64,000 nt of DNA from Eledone cirrhosa (lineage: Eukaryota), in the NCBI GenBank assembly GCA_964016885.1, contig OZ024752.1, forward strand, positions 9,858,001 through 9,922,000, read 5' to 3'. Position numbers and translations under genes: made by a program. Positions 1-11,270 of this stretch are shown piece by piece; positions within the stretch are counted from its first letter, which is position 1, and each line of letters starts with the position of its first letter. Below the pieces are notes generated by a model. The model searched no databases and had not been told where the DNA came from. It worked only from the letters and a program-made list of their open reading frames with translations.

Positions 1-28
1 AGGAATAAGTGGGCAAAGAAGAAGAATA
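1..28 (+). mobile_element. 3' tip of an RTE-type element
   Basis: ggaataagtgggcaaagaagaag matches the 3' end and (AAG)n tail of the RTE-derived copy at 51888-51966. Confidence 0.55.
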
Positions 29-2129
29 ATTGTACATTTCAATCCTTAATGTGTAGCTTTGTTCTACAGGCGTGGTTTGTAAATTTGTTAAGAAAAGTAA
101 TGCATTACCAGAATAGTTATTCATTTTTGTAGTATTCGCCACTTTTTTAGCACCCCAATAGCTACATAAGGATGAATGACTTGGTTTAGAATTTACTTGT
201 CGAAAGTGTATCCGGTACAGATGCTGCAACTTATGAATAAATGACAAATTAATCCTCGCTTGTGTATCTGGTCGAGTGGCCGTTTAATCAGCCGCTCATT
301 AAGCCACTGAAGAAAACTATCAATCGTCAGGACAATATTAATCTATTAAAGATTTAGCTATGATACTTACTGAGATGGTGGTATATGGGAATTCCTGTGT
401 GTGAGCTCTCAGAACACAATCCTTAGCATACAGTAGATACATGACTAATTATCTAATTATCGTGATGATCAGCATGTTTCCAATGATGAAACGTTTCCCG
501 CTCTGTCGCGAGCCCACTCTAGTCTCTTAATATGGATGGGAAGATATTAGACAGTAGAGCAGATGGCATGCAAGTTTTCCTGATAGTAATATATAAGAGG
601 GCGTGGCCAGACATCTGCTCTTAAATAACAACCCTTCGCAAACAATTAGCGCTGGAAAGAAGGAGCATCTTCTTTTCCTAGATTAGTTATCATAGGCTTA
701 TGGAGCTGAAGAAGAACATTCTGCTTCCTACTGCATATATAAGGGAAAGAACGTCGGATTGACTTGGCTCCATGAGACTAGACAAGCAGGTGATAGTGTA
801 AGAAACATGGAGAGAATGGAAGAGAGGGCAACAGAGAAAGAGTTGTGCAAACCGTAAGGCGGGAAACTGCACTACTAGCAAGCTGACTGTCGAGGTAAAG
901 ATGCAGATATCTCTTCGGGTTATGTACAATTGTGCATTTTCTGAAGATGCTACATATATTGATATCCTCGCTAATATAAATTTATATATATATATGAGTC
1001 CCGGGTTCAATCGGGGGTAAACCCAGGAAGTATGGTACTCAATTCATTAGTAGAGTGTGTACAACTAGACCTGTAGAAAACATTTTTTATTAAATTTGTT
1101 TTATATATTTATATATACATTAGTAAAGTGATATGGATTAGTCGTTTGAATTGCAATCGAGAAACCTCTCGATTGCAATTGTGAATAAACCATAAGAAGA
1201 TGGATGTGAAAGAGAGAATGTAATAAATAATCTACGTGGAACTCACAAATATCCAGTAGAGTGTGTATGATAAATTACATTGTGTAAAACAAAACCTTGC
1301 CACTGTAACAATGTATTTTCAGACTCACTAGACAAGTCATTCAGTAAACTATATTCATGGAACACTTATTATACACTTATACAGAAAATAATAATTACAA
1401 ACTAAATATTATGCTATGTGTCAACGACAAACAGAAAATGGATGCATAAAACTAAACCATAGATAATTTAAAGAGAGATATTTCAAGTGGATTCCTGTTT
1501 GAGATTCTAAACTGGAATTCAGTGGGCTATAAATGTTATAGCAAGAAAAGTATCCCTCTCCTGTATATGGACGATATTAAGCTATAAGCTGCAGATGAGA
1601 AACGGACAGATACACAAATGCAGACACTACATGAATTCACAAAATGTATATACATGAAATTTGGACAGGAAAAGTGGGTCGAGGCAAATCTGAAGAGAGT
1701 AAATCTAGAGAGAATTTCTAATATCGTGCTAGGTAAAGTAACTTATATAAGATAATTAGATGGAAGAATAGCAAATAAATACTTAGGAATCAAGGAAGTA
1801 GACATGTTTCAATACACACAAATGGGAAGATTAGGCAGGAATACTATAAACTTATTAGTTTAAGCCAAGAACAACCATAATAAGTTAATAGTGATGAATA
1901 CTCTAGCGACTCCAGTCTCAACATTCGGAACTGGACAATAAAATATCAAGGAAGAGTAGGCAGAAGAAAACCAAGAAAATTTCACACCACGTGTTAGACA
2001 ATGAAATTACACACAATTTTACATGAAGTTAGTATTGAATGGGTAACAAAAAGAAACTTTATAAAAAAAATTAACACATTCTACATGTGTGTGTATGCAA
2101 CATATGGTGTGGTAAATAAATATATACAT

Positions 2130-2440
2130 ATACAACAGATCCGCACACCATGGAACCACATTCCCACTGCCTCCGACTCTCCCGCTTGTCTATCACTCAC
2201 AATTATGAGCAAATGAAGGCCCACGCGCTGGCTGACCGCGGCCCCAGCGGATAGAACAGAGAAGGCATTTCCCCGGAAGATGGCGAGGGAGATGCGCTGG
2301 AAGAGCCTTTGCAGCTCGTGAGGCTCATGCCTGCGGGTAGCCACGCCTGTGCCGATGGTGGTGAGGATGGAGGTGGTCCTAGTGCCAAGGACACCGGAAT
2401 TCTCCATTGCTACGAGCTCGAGCGCAAATCTGTCTGAGAG
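2130..2440 (-). mobile_element. CRE-clade retrotransposon 3' fragment (RLE endonuclease C-terminus and 3' UTR)
   Basis: Translation VAMENSGVLGTRTTSILTTIG..RHEPHELQRLFQRISLAIFRGNAFSVL fits the CRE C-terminal pattern (VET.G..G....FQR.S.A..RGNA). Confidence 0.8.
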
Positions 2441-2629
2441 CGACCGTATGACTGTATTCATAAATCACAACACAAAATCAGATGTAGAAGGATTATAGCA
2501 CAAACAGAGGGAGGCAGAGATCATATACAACTAGAACTCTATTATAAAACAAACACTATAGAACTACAAATATATACAATGAAAATTTATGGAAAGTTAA
2601 AATAGTCAACAAATGTTAAGGATAATTTT

Positions 2630-2940
2630 AATCAGAAAAAAATGAGAAAGAAAAAAAAAAAGAATGGGAAGGAGAGGGGATGGCAACAGCTCTGGTATCG
2701 CAGAAGAGAGGGGAGGGGTGAATGGGGAGGGTGATTGGCTTTGGGCCTTGAGCAAGAGGGCAGAAATGCTGCTTCCCGCTGTCAAGACGGCAAACGCATT
2801 CCCCTGGACGATGGCCAGTAACACTCGCTGCAACAGTCACCCAACTTCGCGGGGCTCCCTCCTCAGACAGGCCGCCAACGTTGCTACGATCTTGCGGAGG
2901 AGCTCGGCAGTACGGGGTCCAAGTACACCAGAGGTGTCAA
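2630..2940 (-). mobile_element. CRE-clade 3' fragment
   Basis: DTSGVLGPRTAELLRKIVATLAACLRREPREVG*LLQRVLLAIVQGNAFAVL followed by a T-rich end. Confidence 0.8.
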
Positions 2941-3326
2941 TAACTTCAAAACAGAAGCTGAATTGTCAGATAATGATAAGAATACAAAAACCGTGGGAAA
3001 AGATAATATCCAAATTGAAAACATCTCCAGAAAGTTATACTAGAACGATGGTCAAGAAAATAACCTTACATGGCCAAGAGCCAAACACAATTGAAAAGAG
3101 AAGAATTGGGCAATCAAAGTTAAAGGAAAACTGATTAAGAAGCACTGGACGCAAGGCCGTGAGTGAAGGCTTCATAATTATAGCTCAACATTAAAGCCTC
3201 GCCACAGGAAAACAAGAATACAAAAGGGATTAGAACAGTGTGTAACTGCAGAATATAATGTTGATGGTAGCTGAAATACTTAAACACATTATTTCTGGCT
3301 GCCCAGTTAAAAATGAATATATCCAT

Positions 3327-3570
3327 AATGTCGTGGGTTCGATTTCTGGACTGGTTTGTGTGTTGTGTTATTGAGCAAAACACTTCATTTCATTTGCTTC
3401 AATATATTCAGCTGAAAATGAGTACCAGCAATAGCTGGGAGTTTAACCCTGCGATGGACTGACATCCTGTCCAGTGGGGAGTCATGTACTCTCAATTGCT
3501 TCACACTATGAGGATAAGATAAGCACCGGTTTAACGAGCCTTCTGGCTTAAGACAGATTTTAGACAGGCT
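3327..3570 (+). mobile_element. 5'-truncated tRNA-derived CORE-like SINE
   Basis: B box gtgggttcgatt, then ttgagcaaaacactt..cagctgaaaatgagtac and aaccctgcgatggactg. Homologous to the 31503-31978 and 52165-52402 copies. Confidence 0.75.
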
Positions 3571-4203
3571 TTTTATAGAACTGCGGTCGATATACACAAG
3601 AAGTTATACTAACACAAAGAAACACAAATACCAATATAAAAGAAGCAGTAAAAAACATATTCTGCGATAGGCCAAACACACAGACTGGGTGATCAATGCC
3701 ATTATACCAGATATTATACTCAGATCACAATGGGGGGGGGGGGGGGTATATGAACTGAGCTTAAAGGGCCAATAACATTAAAATCTCTCTTTAGTGATGT
3801 GAACTTGAAGAGCAGTACGTTCGAACCTTCGTATACATTTCGGAGTCCTTAGATCTTAATTTCAGTGTGCTCAAATGATAATGTATATTGTGTCATCTAC
3901 TCCAAGATGTCTGCCATACGGAAGAATAATTTCGAAATTGGTGCTGCCATATGTGTAATTTCAAGTCAAAAGTGTATTTATTTAATTAATTATAATTCAC
4001 CAATAGTTGGAGTTTGCTAACCCTACTAATCTGGAACAGGAGAAGCCATTTAAATAATGATACTTCTCATCACTACGTGTAATAATTGCAATTAATTAAA
4101 TTTCCATGCAGCATCCGTCACAATGTATATTTTCAAAGTCATTCCTTGTGAGACTACGAATAGTTTATTCACAAATCGTTTCTATTATTCCATTTATTTA
4201 TTT

Positions 4204-4647
4204 AGGGTGGTGGATGGACAGTATCATTACAGAGTCGGACGCCATGCTTTTCAGCGTAGAGTTACGTCCCCTTACGGTCTGATTTCAAATCCCAGCGAGG
4301 TTAACTTTGCCTTTCATCCTAACCTGGTCGATAAAATAAGGTACCAATAACGTACTGGGGTCGATTTAATCGACTTTCTCATCCCCCCAAAATTACTGTC
4401 CTTATGCCTATACTAGAAACCCTTCTTCATGCGGTGGATTGGCAGTATTGGTAGAGAGTTGGACGCCATGCTTTGCAGCATAGAATTACGGCCCTTTACG
4501 GCCTGATTTCTAATCGCGCCAAGATTAACTTTGCCTTTCAGCCTAACCTGGTCTATAAAATAAAGTACCAGTAACATATTGGGTCGATTTAATTAACATT
4601 CCTCTCCCCTATATTACTGTCCGATTGCCTATACTATAAATCCTTAT
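4204..4647 (+). mobile_element. Two tandem Nin/Deu-domain SINEs (octopus OK-like family)
   Basis: Each copy has a ggtggattggcag-type head and aactttgcctttcatcc..ggtcgataaaataaagtaccag. Copies at 4204-4422 and 4431-4647. Confidence 0.85.
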
Positions 4648-6104
4648 TCACTATTTATTTAAAATGTCCCCTAACTTCGCAGATCGGGTCAGTTATTCGA
4701 TAGCTAAACATTAGATAGAGTAACACACCACTCTAGTCTATATTTGAAATTTTGAAATTATTTAATCTGTATTTTTGTTATGAGAGAAAACGCCATAAAA
4801 GACGATTTGTTCCCATCACTAAAAATTTAATATTATTTAATGAAAATTCTCGGATTACTATTTCAATTATTCTTTCGTTTGCATTACAATCACTATTTGA
4901 TGCAAATGGCGCCACTGGATATTTGTCTCCAACTCATTCTCAAATATTGATAAACAGTCGATTACAACTTCCATAATGTAAGATTATTACGTGAAAAATG
5001 TTAGCGCCTATTTTAACATTAAAATTGTTGCCGGCGTCGCTCTGAAATATCCTAGTCATTCTGTAATAATAAAATTAGAGATTATTCTAAAATTTGTTTG
5101 CAATCATTTTCATAAACTTCCTCCAAATTTCAACTATATATTAATGAATATAAGCGGAAAGGAATATTTTGGTTTGAGAGAGATATTCAAAATAATGTTT
5201 CGAAATTTCTTTGTGCCACATTTTTTATTAATTAAGAATCTGGTGCCACATGCTATTTTAATTACTGGTCCAGTCTAATCATTTCAACTTTTCACTTTAA
5301 TTAGTTTGTAAATGAAATAATACTAAACTCTGCATACTCCTGGAATATAAACTATATAATTATTTTGTCACAATAGTAAGCTAATCTTATTGTTTTAGGA
5401 GAAGTTAAATTTAGTGATTTTTTTCTTCTCAATTATCCGTTTCCACTAGTATACAAAAGCTAGTTCTGTTTTAATTACAAGTTTTCAATCAATATGGATA
5501 TTATTTCAGGTGATCCTGATTGCTGTTTCTATTCATTTTAAAATATCAGGTTGTAAGATTTCGATATGTTATTCTTCAAGAGAAACTGTGACAGACTTTA
5601 TCTACACCTTAATTACTTTTGCAATTATTTTATGTTTTTTAATTGTTTTTCTCATCTTGCTGTATAATATTAGAAGAGAGTACATGAATGATGCTTGACA
5701 AAATTATTTATCCATGTTATATCAGTGAGATTTTAATAGATTTAATTGTTGTGGAACAGGGGTAATTACAGTTGCAATGAATTTCGATTATATTGAAGCT
5801 CTCTTCACATAATTCTCATAGACGTATTGGCGTCTTATATAACACCAACACATCTCTTACGTGACAATTCATAACAAGATATTTATTAATTAACTAACAC
5901 GAGATTAGCAATCTCAGGTAGAAATGCTCTGCTGAAAAACTGTAAATGAACTGTTTAACAGGTAGGTTTCTAAATATATAGAAACAAATCACATATAATA
6001 CATTCAATGTGGATAATAAGTAAAATTGTTTTCATACAATACCAAATAGTTTCTGTATTATAAACGTTTGTCATACAAAATTTAATATATGTACTTAAGC
6101 ATAT

Positions 6105-6134
6105 AAACACACACACATATAGCACATATATACA

Positions 6135-6184
<50 letters not shown>

Positions 6185-6555
6185 TATATATATATATATA
6201 TAAACATACACACATATATGCATATATATATATATATGCACACACACACACACCCACACATATATGCACATATATATATATACATACATATATATATACA
6301 CATATATATAGACATACACACACATATATATATACACATATATAGAGACACATGCATGCATATATATATATATATATATATAGGAACCAGTAAGACCCCG
6401 ACAGCTGAGCTCAAGCCGTTTCGACGGCTAGCCGTCGAAACGGCTTGAGCTCAGCTGTCGGGGTCTTACTGGTTCCTATTACCCACTCTACTACCTCAAG
6501 TATTGAGTACTTTGGTGCGTTATGGTCCACCTGGTTCCTTACCACATTTCCTTCG

Positions 6556-6592
<37 letters not shown>

Positions 6593-6720
6593 CACATATA
6601 TATAGACATACACACACACATATGCACATATATACATACATGTATACATATATATATATATATTTATATATATATATATACACATATGGTTATATGTATA
6701 TATATATATATATATATGTT
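6105..6720. repeat. (TA)n/(CA)n microsatellite block hosting a fold-back element
   Basis: Direct dinucleotide runs. Confidence 0.95.
6381..6557. mobile_element. TA-embedded fold-back element, family A (half hammerhead core)
   Basis: Perfect palindrome of about 100 bp centred on cgacggctagccgtcg, plus a unique tail. Contains GAAA-cggct(tgagctc)agctg-TC. Copies at 7952, 9553, 13400, 45733 and 59603. Confidence 0.75.
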
Positions 6721-6804
6721 ATGTATTTCCGTAGGAAAGGTAAAGGAAAGAAGAATGCTCTATGAATAGTACAGATCTTTATATAATAAACAACACAATA
6801 TAAT

Positions 6805-6878
6805 TATTCCATTACTCAAGGTTTCATGAAACTATGCGATTCTAAACGAAGGATCCAGTTCGTTCATCAGATGAAATA
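6805..6878 (-). ncRNA. Type I hammerhead ribozyme
   Basis: Minus strand reads tatttcat CTGATGA [stem II] GAAA ccttgag TA| atggaata. Stem I is 8 bp including one G-U pair. Confidence 0.7.
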
Positions 6879-6898
6879 TCCATGTTATCCATGACAGA

Positions 6899-6972
6899 TA
6901 TTTCATCTGGTGAACGAACTGGACATTTCTGTTAGAATCGTCTAATCTCGTGAAAACTTGAGTAATGGAATA
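6899..6972 (+). ncRNA. Type I hammerhead ribozyme, degenerate core (CTGGTGA)
   Basis: tatttcat CTGGTGA acga...tcgt GAAA acttgag TA| atggaata. Confidence 0.55.
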
Positions 6973-6995
6973 ATTATATTGTGTTATTTATTATA

Positions 6996-7042
<47 letters not shown>

Positions 7043-7044
<2 letters not shown>

Positions 7045-7534
7045 CGGCGATGATTTAGCTTTGCGAGGTTTTTGATATGAAATCGTGTGTCGAAACAAAT
7101 ATTGTTATACTTGGGGAGGGTCATATTTGTGTAATATTGCCAGAATTAATAACAGAACACACTCACTGTTTGGTTGGTTTTCGCTTTTCGCTTCTGTGTC
7201 TTTTATATCGGTAATCTAATTTATTCGATCCTCAATGTTGCTATTGACTGACCAACGGTCAAAAATAATACAGATACAATATAGACACAAACACATATAT
7301 ATATATAGTTTATCAAAGTTCTTTCGTTGCACATCTGCAACATCGTCAGTGGTGCTATTGTTTCCTCCCGTTGCATTGCATTTTCTACGCCATCTTTTCT
7401 CAACATTGAGGACCGAATAAATTAGATTACCGATATAAAAGACACAGAAGCGAAAAGTGAAAACCAACCAAACAGTGAGTGTGTTCTGTTATTAATTCTG
7501 GCAATATTACACAAATATGACCCTCCCCAAGTAT

Positions 7535-7542
<8 letters not shown>
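7043..7542. mobile_element. Family C element (minus strand, 7400 to 7043) plus an inverted copy of its 3' part, between (TA)n tracts
   Basis: Near-identical arms of about 145 bp at 7097-7240 and 7400-7542. Homologues at 15985-16230, 32845-32958 and 61880-62030. Confidence 0.8.
7311..7355 (-). ncRNA. Minimal hammerhead ribozyme (family C)
   Basis: Minus strand reads gcacca CTGACGA t gttgca-gatg-tgcaac GAAA gaac TT| tgata. Stem II is perfect; stem I is eroded. Confidence 0.6.
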
Positions 7543-7570
<28 letters not shown>

Positions 7571-7667
7571 ATAATAATAAATGTGAAGACTAAATTCAAA
7601 AGAGGGCTTGATAAGGATAAATATATATCAAATATATAAGAACCGTAGAGCAAATATTTATTAAAAT

Positions 7668-7778
7668 AACAGATTAAAATTTAAGCAAAAGAACGCTGTT
7701 TTCACCCTTAGCGGGATATTCTGAAAGATCCCGTTAAGGGTGAAGCAGCGTTTCTTCGCTTAAACTTTAATCCGTTGT
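7668..7778. repeat. Imperfect inverted repeat
   Basis: Arms of about 50 bp around acccttagcgggat-attctgaaag-atcccgttaagggt. Confidence 0.7.
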
Positions 7779-7951
7779 TGGGGGGACCGTCCTGAGTAAG
7801 TCAGTCAAGACTGAAAGGAACAGAAAGTCGTCAGCCTTGCTTCTGCTGGACACCACCAGAGGGCGATAGCCCCGTTGTTTGCATAGCTACGGCTTCCTAA
7901 AACCGTGTTTCTTTAGAAATAAGAAATTTATATATATATATATATATATAT

Positions 7952-8108
7952 GAAAAAGTATGACGCCCTGCATCCAGAAATAGCCATCGAAAACGGCTTG
8001 AGCTCTGCCGTTGGGGTCATACTTTTTCTTATTTCAAACTCTACTACCCTAACTATTGAGTACTCTGGTGCGTTATAGTCCATCTGGTTCCTTACCACAA
8101 TGACTTTG

Positions 8109-8110
<2 letters not shown>
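7952..8110 (+). mobile_element. Family A copy (diverged) between (TA)n tracts
   Basis: atcgaaaacggcttgagctctgccgttggggtc...ggttccttaccac. Confidence 0.7.
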
Positions 8111-8151
<41 letters not shown>

Positions 8152-8153
<2 letters not shown>

Positions 8154-8395
8154 CAGGGAGTGTAACTTGAAGTTACTGCAGGTTCACCCGGGTGAGCACT
8201 CGATGTTTAGGTTCACTTCTGTGTCGAGGTGTAGAGCTATACAGAGTGTATTATATTGAAAAGATAACAAGGACGATTGGTTACTCCTTCATAACATTTA
8301 TTGGTTGGTGACGCGCGTTTCGCCACTGATCAGCTCCAGGTTCGATCTGTATCGATCTTACCCGACTCTAATCTGCGGCTCGACGGACGGACCCC
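8152..8395 (-). mobile_element. Family D element with hammerhead-like fold (8307-8389)
   Basis: Minus strand reads CCGTCGA gccgcagattag...ctgatcagtggc GAAA cgcgcg TC| acc, followed by AATAAA. The 3' end abuts (TA)n. Homologues at 62478-62700 and 36172-36205. Confidence 0.6.
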
Positions 8396-8499
8396 TTAAA
8401 ATGCTAGTAGAAAATGAAAACATGCTATATGATAAAGTCAGAAGTTCATATGTTGGTCAATAAAGATTGTTTTGATTGGTGGAATAGATGATAGGGATG

Positions 8500-8955
8500 T
8501 TTTCGCCTGTAGTGCATGTGGGGTGATAAGATGGTGGTGACGGTCGTAGGCTGAGGTGGGCTGTGGTGTGGGGGTGGCGGATTGACTTTCGCCTGTAGTG
8601 CATGGGGGGGGGTGATGATAAGATGGTGGTGACGGTCGTAGGCTGAGGTGGGCTGTGATGTGGCGGTGGCGGATTGACTTTCGCCTGTAGTGCATGTGGG
8701 GGGGGGGGGGGTGATGATAAGATGGTGGTGACGGTCGTAGGCTGAGGTGGGCTGTGATGTGGCGGTGGCGGATTGACTTTCGCCTGTAGTGCATGTGGGG
8801 GGGGGTGATGATAAGATGGTGGTGACGGTCGTAGGCTGAGGTGGGCTGTGATGTGGCGGTGGCGGATTGACTTTCGCCTGTAGTGCATGTGGGGGTGGAT
8901 GTGATGATAAGATGGTGGTGACGGTCGCAGGCTGAGGTGAGTGGTGGTGTGTGGG
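8500..8955. repeat. G-rich minisatellite, about 5 units of 86-99 bp with a variable poly-G tract
   Basis: ttcgcctgtagtgcatg(G)n..gataagatggtggtgacggtcgtaggctgaggtgg repeats. Confidence 0.9.
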
Positions 8956-9552
8956 TGGTGAATTGTTGGTAGACAGATTGGCGTAGAAATATAACAGGCA
9001 ACACTTACCTTACCAGAATGACTGGTGCTGAAATAATATAGGAAACAATTAAACACAGTTGTATAAATAACATTGCAAATTCGGCAAATATACTTTAAGA
9101 TGAATCTAGCTTTATTGATGTTTATAATAGTAAAAACAATTTAATAAAGAAAGAAAAAATAGATTGAGAAGAAAGAATGGAATGTAAACAAAATACTATA
9201 CTGATATGGTTTCAGATAAAAAGACAACAACGACATACTTATATCAATAAAAGTTACGATAAATTACCTACATAGGGGAGAGATTTGAGGAAGTAAACAG
9301 ACGAAATTAAGTTAAACAAAATGTGATTGACGAGAACAGTTGTAAGATTAATCATTTGTTTTTCATAGACACCTGGACCGTCGGTGTTATGTGAAAATTT
9401 GTTCCATAAGAATATATATTCCATATAATATCTCACTAAATAAGCTTCTATAAAATAATTATTTAACTAAAAACAAAAAGAGGGGGTGGGGGTATAATTA
9501 ATAGGAACACACACATACATATACTGTATACATACACACTCACACATACATA

Positions 9553-9617
9553 CACTACTACCCTAAGTATCGAGTACTCTGGGGAATTATGTTCCACCTG
9601 GTATCTTACCACATCTT
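9553..9617 (+). mobile_element. Family A 3' fragment
   Basis: ctactaccctaagtatcgagtactct..ccacctggtatcttaccaca. Confidence 0.6.
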
Positions 9618-9664
9618 TATAGAGAGAGAGAGAGATGTATACACACACAAATCTCTACAAGTAT

Positions 9665-9892
9665 ATAAAAAAGGAAAAGGAAGGGAAAGACAACGGCTCT
9701 TGGGTCACAGAAGAATGAGGGTAGTGGAGGGTGATAGGCTCTTGGCTCAGGGCGCGGCGGTGTTGGGGCTGCCCTCCGCCGACAAGACCGCGAAAGCATT
9801 TCCAAGGACAATGGCCAGTGATACACGCTGCAATAGCCACACCAACTCGAAGGGCTCGTTCTTCAGGGGGCTGCTGACGTTCCATCTTGCGG
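9665..9892 (-). mobile_element. CRE-clade 3' fragment
   Basis: Minus strand reads EPFELVWLLQRVSLAIVLGNAFAVL; homologous to 2630-2940. Confidence 0.7.
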
Positions 9893-10111
9893 GAAAAGAG
9901 AATACCCACCAATTTTAGATCACAGCCCTGTCTAATAAAACACAACCACACAATGCAAATCCTCCATAAATATATCTATTTTTAATTAGTCCTCATAAAT
10001 ATTTAAACACCTAATTGCCATAGCATGTTGTTTTTGTAGAAATTAGGCGTATTGATTTCTTCTGTGTGAAAATTATTAGTAGTGCTAAACAAAATTTATA
10101 AACCTTATATA

Positions 10112-10728
10112 TCTATAACTATATATATATATAACTGTGTGTGTGTGTGCGTGTGCGTGTGTAAAACTCGAGAAGTACCCAACCGGCATTTTTCAAACTT
10201 TACATGTGTATTACTTATGTTTCAGGGAGTGTTATGCATATAGCAAATTCAACTGTTTGACCCCTAGGGCTCGCATTAGGTGAAAAACTGCGTTTTTTTC
10301 AGTTTTTAGGGGTTTTTTGAGGCGTTACGTCAGGCCGATTTCCTTGAAATGGTTACTATGTATTAGTCAGTCTCTTCTTCATACCGTGAGCAAAGAAAAA
10401 TCCAACTTGTTATGGTCTAAATTAGGTGAAAAACTTCATTTCTTCAGCTTTTTTGAAGCGTTACGTGAAGCCGATTTTCCGAAATTTCAAGGGATATTAT
10501 GCACATTAAAAAAAATCCATTTTCTTGATCCCCTAGGGCCCGCATTAAGTGAAAACCTGAATTTTTCCTGCTTCATCGAGGAAAATCTTAAAGATTATCC
10601 AACCATCAGAGTATTCGGTTTATTTTCTTCACAAATTGTCCAGGAATGCAGTTTTTCCACTATTAGGTCAGTTGGCGGCCCGCGTTCCAAAATAACTTAT
10701 CCCGTTCAACGCCGGGTACCACTGCTAG
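10112..10728 (+). mobile_element. Non-autonomous Helitron
   Basis: A|TC 5' start, internal microsatellite and subrepeats, subterminal hairpin cccg-ttcaacgc-cggg, CTAG|T 3' end, no TSD. Confidence 0.75.
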
Positions 10729-11270
10729 TATATTATAAGAACAGATTGTAGAATTAACTGCGTTATCCATTTTCTCTCTGAATAGAAGTCTTAACAGTTG
10801 ACGATAAATGGAAATTAATCGATACATTTACTAAGAATTTGAAAACTTACAATGCATTTCTTTTTGCTTTGAAAATCTGCCGCAATCTTTATATTAACTA
10901 TAATGTATTCACATACGTAGGGTAAATTAGCCGTGAAGAGTGCAGTCATTTGATTGAACTTGCCGGCGGTAATCACATACCGTATCTGTTGTATGCCAGT
11001 GAGTTACAATAACTAAGTAAACGTGTTCTCACCGATAATTCACAAACAAAATTGAAAATTTACCGGCTGACTAGAAATGTAAAGAAAATGATAATTTTAC
11101 GAAGAAACTGAGCATGTTTTAAACTTTGAAATGTTTTCACATAGAGCACTTACATACTAATACATAGGCAATAATATGAAAACATTTTGTCTTGCATATG
11201 TTTCAATAGACGAAAACAAACAAACAATCGAATTGGTGAAAGATTCACGATTAATATATTGCAGTACATA

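Larger units (their letters stand above)
1480..3730 (+). pseudogene. Degraded R4/Dong-clade non-LTR retrotransposon (RT to zinc knuckle), interrupted by nested insertions
   Basis: Motifs read in order: LLYMDDIKL (~1556-1583), MKFGQEK, KYLGIKE, NKLIVMNTLATPV, LHGQ (~3065), EGFIIIAQ, and a CRI..HIISGCP CCHC remnant (~3247-3306). Many stops and frameshifts. Confidence 0.75.
6779..6995. mobile_element. Head-to-head inverted element with a hammerhead in each arm (family B)
   Basis: Arms of about 100 bp centred near 6889, flanked by TA-rich DNA. Confidence 0.8.

Noticed and set aside
1149-1180. 14-bp perfect hairpin aattgcaatcgaga/tctcgattgcaatt
   Set aside because: The hairpin is real, but there is no intact ribozyme core or second copy here, so no function can be assigned.
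5970-6769. Overlapping YI/CV/HT-rich ORFs (also at 27-29 kb, 44.7 kb, 47.9-50.5 kb and 55.2 kb)
   Set aside because: They are translations of TA/CA microsatellites that lack stop codons.
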